A DNA stretch of 64,000 nt from Octopus sinensis (Eukaryota): NCBI RefSeq assembly GCF_006345805.1, contig NC_043002.1:48670001-48734000 (forward strand). Direction: 5' to 3'. A model generated the notes under the pieces. That model was not told the DNA's origin, searched no databases, and saw only the letters and a list, made by a program, of their open reading frames with translations. Shown piece after piece: positions 37,695 to 49,020 of this stretch (positions are counted from its first letter, which is position 1; each line of letters begins with the position of its first letter). Made by a program: the position numbers and the translations under genes.

Positions 37695-39517
37695 CATGCA
37701 TATGTTTGTGTGGCTGTGTTTGTCCCACCCACCATCACTTGACAACCGATGTTGGCATGTTTATGTCCCTGTAACTTAGCAGTTCAGCAAAAGAGACTGA
37801 CAGAATAAGTACTAGGCTTACAAAGAATAAGTCTTGAGGTCGATTTGTTCGATATGTGCAGTACTCCACCATGGCCACAATCAAATGACTGAAACAAGTA
37901 TAAGAATAAAAGAATATATATATGATGGGCTTCTTTCTGTTTCCATCTACCAAATCCACTGACAAAGCTTTGGTTGGTCTAATACTATAATGGAAGACAC
38001 CTGCCCAAGGTGCCTGCACCTATCTTAATTTTGAAAACATTAATAAGAATAGATATGGCTTTCTAACCAAGTGGTCTAGGGTTGTCCTGCAGTGTGGAAT
38101 CTTGGGCAAGTCACTTCTATACCAAACACTTCCTTGTGAGTTGATCTGGTAGACAGAAACTGAATGAAATTGTGTGGCGTGTGTGTGTATGCAAGTGTGT
38201 GTATGTATGTATCTCTGGTTACACTTGTCTAGACATCACGCCATTGTTGTAAACAAGCATTGCTCTCATACAAGCAGGTTGTTCATTTCCAGTATTGTGG
38301 GAAAAGCACGTTTGTGAGTAAATACTACCTTATTTGGAAATAGGTGATGGTTGTATGGCATCAAGCCATACATAATCTGCCTCAACAAATCTTGTCTGAC
38401 CCACATAAGCATGGAAAAGTGAACGTTAACTGATTTTAAAAGTTCATGGGGATTTACTAAAATGAATAATACACTCATTATTAAACTAGTGCTTGGAATA
38501 TAACAAAATGCTTAGAAGAGAAGGTTTTAATATCTAAATATGAACAGGTGGTTTTAGCCTAGAAGTAGAAGCAGGCTTGAGTGGATAGGTATTAAAAGAG
38601 TTAAATAAACACACTAAAAACAGATAAAATAAAATATAACTTTTTCATCTGGTCATAGTGCTGAAATACTTTATTGTTTTACAGATTTCAGTCATTGGAC
38701 TACAGTCAATGTTAGACACTACATCATTACCTACAGCATTTTAATGTCCATTTTCCATGCTGGCATGGGCTAGATGGTTTGTCAGGAACTGGCAAGGTCA
38801 GGGGCTGCACCAGGTACCATAGTCTGTTTAGACTTAGTTTCTACAGCTGGGTGCCCTTCCTAACGCCAACTACTTAATAGAATATACTAGTTGCTTTTTG
38901 TATGGCACCGTCACAAGTACTTTTTATGTGGCACAAACCAATGCTTTTTACATGGTACCAGCATCCACACCAATGCTTTTTATGTGGCATCTTGTTTTTA
39001 AGACCTCATTTCTGTTGCGGTGGGCAGGCCGTCTTGAGTGCAGTAATGCATCACATATATTGGTCCCCCATCATTTCCTTTGTAAGAGAGTTTTAGCTTG
39101 TTGGAGGTAGGGAGCAGATAATTCACACACCTAATCAAAATGTATAAGGAAACAAAGTCAGGGTGTGGAATATTCGAAACTCACTCACCTCCATTTTTTT
39201 TTTCTCCCACTAAATCCTGACTTAATTGTAATCTACAATATTTGAAATGCATTTGAAAGAAATTTCATTTCAAAATATCCATTTTTTCTGAAAGTTATGA
39301 CAAAACAATGTTGAGGTTGTAGAGTGCACTTGAGTGCAATTCCTCTCCTCTCTATATGTATACATACGAACGTAGTAGATAACAGCCAGCCTTTGGCTAC
39401 ATTTAGGACCCTGTTGCGTCCACTATTCTGATTGGCTGGTATTGGCGCAATTTGTCTCTTGCTCTATCATGCACCAATATGCAACCCAACCAATTGCAGC
39501 CTTCAAATAAGGTCATG

Positions 39518-40330
39518 TGTGACAGCCTGTTTTCTGCCTCAGCTGAGCCTACAACTCCTTATTAAAAACCAAACTTTTCCACGTCTAGAGGTCATTTGGT
39601 TCCACAACTTTTAAGGTCTAGCTGCTGACCACACAAGACACTGCCAGTTCCTGCGACAACACAACAGCAGCTACATGGAGACTCACCAACTTCATCCAAC
39701 AGCATTTGGTGACCTCCATCGCTATCACCATCATTCGTCCTTTCGTCAACATCTCTTTATGTACTCGCCCAGGATACAACACTGCGCTGTTTGTGAAGTA
39801 CTTCACCATGGATCAACAGCAAATACACAACCTGCAAAAACTCCTGTACCAAGTGACCCAGGCAGCAGCATCTCAGCCACAACTTCACGTACAACATGTA
39901 CCACAACCGGCTCTGCATCATCGTTGCGACTTCTTGATTTCAACTATTGTGTACAATTGACTATGAACTGGTACTTATCATTCTTGTGTCTATGAACTTA
40001 CTTATCACTTCGCTGGCTATAGACTCTGTCTCCTCTTCATCGCCATCCTTATATGTTATTAACATGCATATGTCTATGCTTACATACACACACATACATC
40101 TTATTTTTATGACGGCCTGTTTATCATTCTGTATATATGACGCCCACACAATCACACATGTTAACCTATCAATAAATCTTCTCTGAAACATTCTACCTGG
40201 TTGTGTCTCTTATTTCCCTCTGGCACATATATGCATTGTTCTATTTATATTTATTGTATCGACTGTGTGATGTACTAAGGAGCCATTCTCATCACTTCGC
40301 TTCGCACGGACGTCACAAATCGGCGACCCG
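39518..40330 (+). mobile_element. Probable LTR-retrotransposon 5' remnant(s) (LTR end, PBS-like motif, gag-like start)
   Basis: TGTGAC (39518) and GTCACA (40317) are inverted ends, followed by AATCGGCGACCC (PBS-like). A second CA|TTTGGTGACC junction at 39704-39714 precedes MDQQQIHNLQKLL. Boundaries are uncertain and no pol is seen. Confidence 0.4.
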
Positions 40331-41074
40331 TTCCAGCTCCTTGAAACTACAAAACAATTATAATGGAAGAAGGTGATACTCCACAGGTATCTAAACCTTC
40401 ATGCCCATTATAAAATATTTGAATTATTCGAAATACCTCTCCTCCCTCCAAAAGTTCCGGCATAATCGTAATCTACACCTAATGAAACGTATCCCTAGAA
40501 AATTTCGTTCAGAATTAGGAATTTTTCACAAGATTATGTAAGAAACGAAGTCTATGCCGATTTTACTACAATTCCAAACTTTTTCCTCAACTAAATTGCA
40601 AACATAAATATAATTATGTCTTTTATAAATATTAACCTCTATATCAAAACATCATAAGATAGGTAAATATAAGTACCTTTATTTTAGTTTTGTATCATAA
40701 AACCTAATAAAGAAGTTAGGGTTCAAACGAAGCACGCGTCAACAAAATAGCAACCAAAATTGCCTGTTACTACCTTTAAAAAAGGGGGTCGTTGGAATAA
40801 TAAGGTGTACTGGCTGCGACAACTAAGACGGGATAATTTACTACAGCTAGAAATACCTTTGATCACAGATTTGTTCGATCAATGTTAATTGATAAACGAC
40901 AACGAGTACCGGTGTCTTTATGACCTTTGCAATGACATGAAAATCTGCATTATTTTAAGAAATTAGAAATATAAAACTTGATCCAAATATATTTTTACAG
41001 AGTTTTCAGGTATTTAAATTATTATAAAATTAATATAGTTGATTAATAAAGCAATAAACATAGAATCTACATAC

Positions 41075-41700
41075 CGTTCAGATTTTATTTCGGGTTTTGT
41101 TTTGTGTTATGTATATATTTCGGGTTACACCGGGAGTTGAATTTCGGTGTCAACTGAAATAACGACATCGAATTGTAGGAATCGACTGTTTTCACTCAAA
41201 TTTCATGTTTATTTCTAATATTAACACAAAACTACAAACGTCTTTTTTTTATGGAGGAAGATATTGTTGATTAAATATAACTTTGATTAGGACTGGAACT
41301 TTCGGTATAGCCGTCCCGGAATTTCTCCGTTTTTGATTTTTTCGTAATTTTTACAAATTTTTTTAGCATCCAACATTTCAAAAAAAAAAAAAAAGAAAAG
41401 AAAGAAAGAAACGGTGATGGAGTGGGGGATTTTTTTTTTTTTTTTACCTTTAATGAAATTTTAAAATTCATGTTTTATAAACATCTCGCACTCCACCTTC
41501 CGAATTAGCTACCACTAATAAATTTTCTTTTTTTTTTCATTTTCACTAAACAGCAATAATAGCATTCATGCTTACCTCGAAAGCTAACTATGGATAAGGT
41601 GAAATAACATCATAAAATAATTCAACATGTTTTATGAGTTGCCGAACTCGACATATTTTGTCTTTTGACTTTACTGGCCATATAACAAGAGCAGACAACA
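41075..41700 (-). promoter_or_regulatory. Candidate promoter/5' UTR exon region of the RDH13-like gene
   Basis: Local CpG enrichment and minus-strand donor-like sites (GAACG|GTATGT near 41075; TTCGAG|GTAAGC near 41575). The first coding exon has an acceptor, so an upstream exon is required. Confidence 0.3.
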
Positions 41701-41999
41701 TGATGAACCGCTCCACAAGAGTTACCTCCCTGTGATAAAACACTCTAAACTAGCATTGCGTAACATAATATTTTTTTTTTAATATTTTATGATAATGATT
41801 CAAAGCAAGAAATTTCTATGTCGCCTATCGATCGAATCACTCTCATTGTATTCTAATTAAACATTATTAAACTAATTAAACCAGATAAAATTTAAACAAT
41901 GAAGATACAAATTAGGTTGATCTCTCCACTGACAAGTGAGAACCCTCTAACCAGGTTAGGTTTTGACACTTTAAAGCCCAGCTTGTCTGACACTCATAG

Positions 42000-43150
42000 T
42001 AAAAAGCATCCAGTGTCTTCTGGGTGTTTCTCTTTCGACGCTTTCTTCACGAGCAACATGTCAGACTAACATTTTTATTTGTCTTCTTTATATCCACTTT
42101 ATATCTTTCTTCTGATACAGCACATTATTATCTTTATTGGTTTTACAGTGGCTTAGTATTAATCTGAGGCACACATTGTTCACTCTCATAATAATAAATA
42201 TTGTGTCATTCTGTGAAGTGTATCTTTTGGTGAGTTTTACATACCATTTCCTTTCTCTGCTTCTATTTCCTCTTTTTTTCTTTTTCTTCACAATCCTTAG
42301 TATTCCTCTCCAGTCTCCATTGACAATCAGTAGCTCTGGGTTACAGTTTTACATGACTGTTTAATTTCTGACTTTCTCCTGAAGTGGGGAATTCTCACCT
42401 TTTTTTTTTTTTTTTGATTATTTTTCTTGGGGTCTACTCTTTTTTGTAGGGGTGTATTTTCCCTTTCTATTTTTTGCTCTTTGCACTCTCATCAATAGCT
42501 TGGAAGTTTTGCTTGGTCTCCATTTCTTCCTTCTCATCACAAGATGGTGGTGCTATGCTGCTGTTTACTACAGTCAGAGGATAAGGTACCTGCTCGCTTA
42601 TTCTTAGTACTTTGCACAAGGGGATGTCTTTCACACTATATGAATCTGTGACTGATCTGGATCAGGAGACTGGAATTGGCTGACCTTATTGATGCCTTAG
42701 CTGCTCTCCATTGCTTTCCTCTTTCCTCTGCTTTCATACTTCATCCACTTCTTTACAACAAAAGGCCTTCAAGTGGTTTTTCCTATCATGTGTAACAACT
42801 AGGCTGTTTTACCTGCATTATTAGTCTCATGCTCTTTGCCTTGGTGCTCTCATCTGGAGATGACTCTAGTATGGCCTTGTGGAATTGGAGGGATCATTAG
42901 GATTTGTATATTCATCTTAATTATTTCTGAACATGTGTTGTTTCTTGTTACTCCTAACCAACATTCTACTCTTACTGTAATATAAATGTGGTGATCAACC
43001 ATGGAATTACATTGTTTCTAGTCTTCCTAATTGTCATCTTCATATTTCTCTGCCCTATTTACTGGGGCACAAGTACAGGAATGCTGGCATGTCTAACTAT
43101 TTCAATGTGTGTTATGGTTGAATGCTCAGTCCTCAATGTACAACAGACCA
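42000..43150 (-). pseudogene. Degraded LINE ORF1-like fragment with zinc knuckle
   Basis: With one frameshift, ~42800-42750 reads CYT(C)DRKNHLKAFC (CX2CX4HX4C). Confidence 0.35.
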
Positions 43151-43197
43151 TACCATAAACCTTGCCTTACTCAGTTGTGAGAATATCTCCCAATATT

Positions 43198-43640
43198 TAT
43201 TATAATAATAATAATAATAAAATTATTGTATACAGTGCTCAGGTGCACCACAACTTGTCAAAATTGAGTATAAAGCATATGCAGTAATGTACATATGTCT
43301 GGAAAGCGAACAGTGTATGAGTCAGATACATGCTTGCGTGTGTATGGAGAGGAGAAAATCAGGTGTAGTGTTGGCGAATCTCAGGAAGCATGGAAGTTTT
43401 GAAGGATGCAGTGCTCTGACAACTAACAACTGATGCCAACTGTTTGTTCCATACTTCAGCAACTCTTAGCATGAAAAAATATTTCTGAAAGTCATGGGAG
43501 CTGTGCTTTTTTCTGACTTTGTAAACATGTCCAAGGGTGTTTCTTCCAGTGGCTGTTTTAATGGAAGGTGTAAACACTTGCCATCATTTTTAAAGCACGA
43601 TATGTCATTTTTTCTTTGCTTTGGATTAGGTCCTGGTGTA
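43198..43640 (-). mobile_element. CR1/L2-clade LINE 3' end
   Basis: ORF 43359-43577 (TLGHVYKVRKKHSSHDFQKYFFMLRVAEVWN) matches the CR1 C-terminal pattern; ends in a (TAT)n tail. Confidence 0.75.
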
Positions 43641-43799
43641 ACGTGGATGTTCTTCAATGGCTACTAACAAGTATGGAAACAAACATCACCAAATAGTGCA
43701 ATATATTCATAGGAAAATCTGTAGCACTATGCAAAAGAAAAGACCAAAATCTGGTTTGAATACCTTCCCCAACCAGTCACTGAGATTGGTCATGTTAAC

Positions 43800-43990
43800 A
43801 TTCTTTGTGATTTTATAATTCATACCAAAAGAACTATCAAGACAAATCATCTAGATATAACAATAACAAAAAACATATTAATAAAACTTGTCTCCTCACT
43901 GATATGGCTATCCTCACAGACAACAATCTAATGGTCAAAGAACTCAATAAAATACAGAAGTACAAAGACCAAGGTATGGAGATTATCGAA
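43800..43990 (+). pseudogene. RLE endonuclease fragment (R4/Dong-like)
   Basis: Reads NKTCLLTDMAILTDNNLMVKELNKIQKYKD, resembling CLLIDVAIP.D.N...KE.EK..KYKDL. Confidence 0.6.
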
Positions 43991-44049
43991 GAACTATATT
44001 TGCTTTCATAGGAGAGCTCAGGGTAACAAAGAAAGGAACAGAAAAATTC

Positions 44050-44320
44050 ATAGACATTATACCAAGAAAACAGTATATTGAATCTGTCCTTGAATAAAGA
44101 CATTTTCAACAACGAGGCTTTGGCAGCCAGCATGTTTAAGTACCACATCTCCTCTATGCCAGGACTTAAAACCCACAAAAGAAAGTGTCACCATAAGGTC
44201 TTTTGATTTTGTTGCTTTACCCTTCTCACTGAATGTCAAAACCTGCTTGGGAAGGATCTTCCTTAAATTAGTAGACAAGCATTTCACACAATCCCATAAG
44301 TACGGACATAAGGGTTTCGT
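44050..44320 (+). pseudogene. Penelope-like element fragment
   Basis: Reads LPFSLNVKTCLGRIFLKLVDKHFTQSHKY, resembling the PLE linker motif PFSxNVKTxIGxxFLxLxDKHF. Confidence 0.6.
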
Positions 44321-45509
44321 TCAGCTATGCACACAGTGGATGCCTCTAAATCCAGCCCAGAAGCAGGATGCTCGTGTAGGGGTCAGAGGTTCATGTAGGG
44401 TTCAGAGATGATTGATACAACTCTGTGGCTGTACTCTATGAGGCAGAGTAGGTGTCTGGTGGTAGCAGCAGCAGCAACAACAGCAGAAGCACAAACAACA
44501 GATGCATCAAAAACAGCAAGGAACGCTGTCAGGATTCTTAGCTCTCCAATCCTCTCAAAAGAAATAACAAGAGTGCTTGGATCCCAAGCATGAAGACCTG
44601 TCCAGGATGACAGAAAATTGCACTTCATTAATGTGTACCTGGCGCTCTTCCTCTTGAGGAATTGCTTTGCCTCGCCTAAGATCCTTTTCTCCTTATGCAC
44701 TGTACCATGTTACCTTCTCACAGATCACCGCAATAATATCAGTGACACCATCCATGAAATGAAATCTATTAATTGCTTAGAACAGAGGTTAAGTTTCCAT
44801 TACATAGATGATCCAATAGGTGTTGGAGAAGGTTGTTATAAGGAGTTCTTGGAACTATTGTTGTGGTTAAATTAGCATGACTGAGCTGAGTTGTTAGCAA
44901 TAAGAAGAGCATTCATATGTAAAAACACACACACCAATAGAAACCATCCAACTCATATAAGCAACAAAAGAAGTTGGATGTAAAACTACATATATATATA
45001 TAAATGCAGTGGCCTTGCTTATTTTATAGAAAATATCAGAAAAGTGTAGCCTATGATCATCTCTTTGTAAAGCCGTGCTTTGCAAAAATATAAAAATCAG
45101 CTACCTAAGTGTAAAACTAGCCAATTTAATTGTTTCTTTTCTACTCTAGGCACAAGGCCCGAAATTTGTGGGGAGGGGACCAGTCGATTAGATTGACCCT
45201 TGTACACAACTGGTACTTAATTTATCGACCCCAAAAGGATGAAAGGCAAAGTCAAACCTCGGCGGAATTTGAATTCAGAACGTAAAGACAGACGAAATAT
45301 CACTAAGTATTTCACCTGGCATGCTAACGTTTCTGCCAGCTTGAAACCTTAATTTAATTGTTTCTGTTGGCAACAAAGAATTTTTCTAATATGCAAAGGT
45401 ATACTGAACAAAGACTTCATAAACCATTGTGTTGCAAAGCAGACAAACATGGGAACTGAGTGTTGAAGATCTATGAAGTCTTTACAGATATGTGCTGAAC
45501 AAGGTTCAC

Positions 45510-48080
45510 TGGATGTGTGATATTAACTAACAGCCAGAAGGGAAGCTAGGAGACAGGTTTATTTAGCCAGAGGGGAAGCGGATAAGAAAAAATTTGCCAA
45601 TGTTCTGTGCCGTGAGGATGAAAGACTTGAGGTATTTCGTGTTGCAAGACAGTGTGTGAAAGAGAATCGTGATGTGGTAGGAGAGAAATGTGTCTGCATG
45701 GATGATGGTTCACTTGCGCTAAATGAGGATGCAAAGAGAGAGGTTTGGAGATGCCACTATGAAAGGTTGCTGAATAAAGAAAATGAATGGGATAAAGAGA
45801 GTCTGCTGAATGTCAACCCAACAGAGGGACCAGCCATCCGAGTTGACAATTCTTTGGTAATTAAGCAATTAGAAGCATGAAGACATGGAAAGCCCCAGGC
45901 CCATCAGGAATTACTGCAGAGATGCTCAAAATATCTGGCAGTGTTGGCTATAACCTAGTCACCTGTATAGTTAAACAGGTGATACACGAAAGAGTCATAC
46001 CCAATGACTGGTGTAGCAGCATAATAGTCAACTGCTACAAAGGTAAAGGTGATGCTTTAGATACAAATAATTACAGAGGTATCAAGCTGTTGGATCAGGT
46101 AATGAAGGTTACAGAGAGGGTCATAGCCCAACTGATTAGGGAGAGAGTCAACTTGGACGAGATGCAGTTTGGTTTCATGCCAGGGAAAAGCACCACTGAT
46201 GCCATATTTCTGGTGAGACAGCTGCAGGAGAAATACCTAGCCAAAGATAAGCCCCTGTACCTGGCTTTCGTTGACATGGAGAAAGCCTTTGACAGGGTCC
46301 CCCGATCCCTTATCTGGTGGTCAATGAGGAAACTAGGGATAGATGAATGGCTGGTGAGAGCTGTGCAAGCCATGTACAGGGATGCCGTAAGTAAGGTTAG
46401 GGTTGGCAATATGTACACAGAAGAATTCAAAGTAGAGGTTGGGGTCCACCAGGGTTCAGTCCTCAGCCCCCTCCTATTTATCATAGTCCTCCAGGCAATT
46501 ACGGAGGAATTCAAGACAGGTTGCCCCTGGGAGCTCCTCTATGCTGACGACCTTGCTCTAATTGCTGAGTCACTATCAGAACTGGAGGAGAAGTTCCAGG
46601 TGTGGAAGGAGGGATTAGAATCGAGGGGCCTTAGAGTCAACCTAGCTAAAACCAAAGTACTAATAAGTAGGAAGGTAGACAAACCACAAATGTCTTCAGG
46701 AAGATGGCCCCGCTCGATCTGTAGAAAAGGTGTAGGTAAAAACTCTATAAGATGTACCCAGTGTAAGCTAAGGACACATAAGAGGTGCAGCAATGTCAAA
46801 GGAAGGCTAACTGGGAAGATAGTTTTTGCATGTGGCAGATGCTCAGGAGCAATAAACTCTGAAAATCTGCAGAAAACAACTTCCGTCACTTTCCAGGGGG
46901 AAAAACTAGAAGTAGTTGATAGCTTCTGTTATCTAGGTGACCAAGTCAGTAGTAGGGGTGGGTGCGTTGAAAGTGTAACTGCTAGAGTAAGAATAGCCTG
47001 GGCAAAGTTCAAGGAGCTCTTACCTCTGCTGGTGACTAAAGGCCTCTCGCTCAGAGTAAAAGGCAGACTGTATGATGCATGTGTACGAACAGCCATGCTA
47101 CATGGCAGTGAAACATGGGCCGTGACTGCTGAGGAAATGCGTAAGCTCGCGAGAAATGAAGCCAGTATGATCCAATGGATGTGTAATGTCAGTGTGCATA
47201 CTCGACAGAGCGTTAGTACCTTGAGAGAAATGTTGGACCTAAAAAGCATCAGTTGTGGTGTGCAAGAGAGACGATTGCGCTGGTATGGTCATGTGGCGAG
47301 AATGGATGAAGATAGGTGTGTGAAAAAGTGCCAATCCCTAGCAGTTGAGGGAACCCGTAGAAGAAGTAGGTCCAGGAAAACCTGGGACGAGGTGGTGAAG
47401 CACAACCTTCGAACTTTAGGCCTCACTGAGGAAATGACCAGCGTCCGAGACCTTTGGAAATATGCTGTGCATGAGAAGACCAGGCAGGACAAGTGAGTCC
47501 AGCCCACTTATGCATGCCTTTCCTCCCTTGGACACACAAAGACCTGTTGAGGCAAGTGAAGTCGATATCGAACCTCATCCGACAACAGGCACCCATGCGA
47601 AGACCTGTTGGGGCAAGTGAAATCGAAATCGAAATCGGAATCGAAATTGAACCAATCCTAGACTGGCACCCGGCAGATGCCATGACCCCTGGACTGGTGG
47701 TACGTAAAAAGCACTATCCGAATCGTGGCCAATGCCAACGCCGCCTCGACTGGCTTCCGTGCCGGTGGCACGTAAAAAGCACCATCCAAATCGTGGCCAA
47801 TGCCAGTGCCGCCTCGACTGGCTTCCGTGCCGGTGGCACGTAAAATGCACCAATCCGACTGTGGCCGTTGCCAGCCTCGCCTGGCACCTGTGCAGGTGGC
47901 ACGTAAAAAGCACCCACTACACTCACGGAGTGGTTGGCGTTAGGAAGGGCATCCAGCTGTAGAAACACTGCCAGATAAGACTGGAGCCTGGTGCAGCCTT
48001 CTGGCTTCCCAGATCCCCGGTCGAACCGTCCAACCCATGCTAGCGTGGAGAACGGACGTTAAACGATGATGATGATGATG
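45510..48080 (+). mobile_element. 5'-truncated RTE-clade LINE (~2.6 kb, best-preserved copy; no APE endonuclease)
   Basis: RT ORF, 3' UTR with minisatellite, and terminal CCATGCTAGCGTGGAGAACGGACGTTAAAC(GAT)n tail. Confidence 0.93.
45877..47496 (+). CDS. RTE reverse transcriptase ORF fragment (539 aa) with embedded PHD-like Cys/His cluster
   Basis: NYRGIKLL, QFGFMPGKSTTDAIF, AFVDMEKAFDRV, GVHQGSVLSPLLF, YADD, MLHGSETW and RLRWYGHVARM motifs. The upstream part (45656-45880) is frameshifted. Confidence 0.9.
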   Translation: MKTWKAPGPSGITAEMLKISGSVGYNLVTCIVKQVIHERVIPNDWCSSIIVNCYKGKGDALDTNNYRGIKLLDQVMKVTERVIAQLIRERVNLDEMQFGFMPGKSTTDAIFLVRQLQEKYLAKDKPLYLAFVDMEKAFDRVPRSLIWWSMRKLGIDEWLVRAVQAMYRDAVSKVRVGNMYTEEFKVEVGVHQGSVLSPLLFIIVLQAITEEFKTGCPWELLYADDLALIAESLSELEEKFQVWKEGLESRGLRVNLAKTKVLISRKVDKPQMSSGRWPRSICRKGVGKNSIRCTQCKLRTHKRCSNVKGRLTGKIVFACGRCSGAINSENLQKTTSVTFQGEKLEVVDSFCYLGDQVSSRGGCVESVTARVRIAWAKFKELLPLLVTKGLSLRVKGRLYDACVRTAMLHGSETWAVTAEEMRKLARNEASMIQWMCNVSVHTRQSVSTLREMLDLKSISCGVQERRLRWYGHVARMDEDRCVKKCQSLAVEGTRRRSRSRKTWDEVVKHNLRTLGLTEEMTSVRDLWKYAVHEKTRQDK

Positions 48081-48389
48081 AAAACGTGGACAAATGATTT
48101 GGGAGAATTGCTAAAGCATTAAAGCTTATAGGGGAGACAACTGTACTAGTATAGATATTTGATGCACATGAATGACAAATGCTGGGCACATAAAATACCA
48201 AGGCCTCTTAGTTAATGGCACAAATGGAAAAGTAAAACTAAAGAAAACATTGATACTTAATTCTGCCTTTTCTTATCTTACCAAGTTTTAGAGAAATGGA
48301 TACCAGATATTTCTGGTTAAGTTAAGATGTCTGTCTGTATACAAGTATTTTTGTTCCAGTTTTTGCTTATTATTTTTGGTTGGCTTACC

Positions 48390-49020
48390 TTGACCTCCTT
48401 GTTAGCTTCAATATGCAAATCCCAGATGATCGTGGCTAAGTCTCTGTCATGAACTCTGTTTGGTATATGCTTATACCATTTCCTGTTTGTTTCCATGTTG
48501 AAGTATTGGCATATTTTTCAGTGGGATATAGCTGTTGACTCAACAGTGACTGTGAACATGCTTGAACTTTGCAAGGACTGGGTAGTCATTTGTGTAACTG
48601 AGTGGAATTAGTCTGCTTTGGATGATTCTTCTATGAGGGCAGCACTTTTGAGTCTGCTGTGTAAACCTGCATAGGTAGTGTTGGCCTGACTAGTGCATGA
48701 CAAACTCAAGGGCTCTTCTTGGCAGCACACACTCTAGCAGCTATGCCACTGTGGAGATGATGTGGTCAGTCATCTCATTGTACTGGTTGCATAGTCTACA
48801 CTTGATGTTAGCATCTTCTTTCACTGTTTTACTTATTCATAGCTGGGTATTACTCTCTTGTATCTAGAATAAAAACTTTGTTTCATCTTTTAGCTCAGAA
48901 CTTTTGATCCATTACTAGCTATCACACAAGTTAACTTCTCCTCTTAGGGGACATTATCTACGGAGTGATTTTTCTGTCCAGTTCCACTTCAGTATATTTG
49001 AGGATTTCTTTTTGATGCTT
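48390..49020 (-). pseudogene. RLE-clade (R4/Dong-like) non-LTR fragment
   Basis: Reads KCRLCNQYNEMTDHIIS (CCHC knuckle) and KICQYFNMETNRKWYKHIP...TIIWD. Confidence 0.7.
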
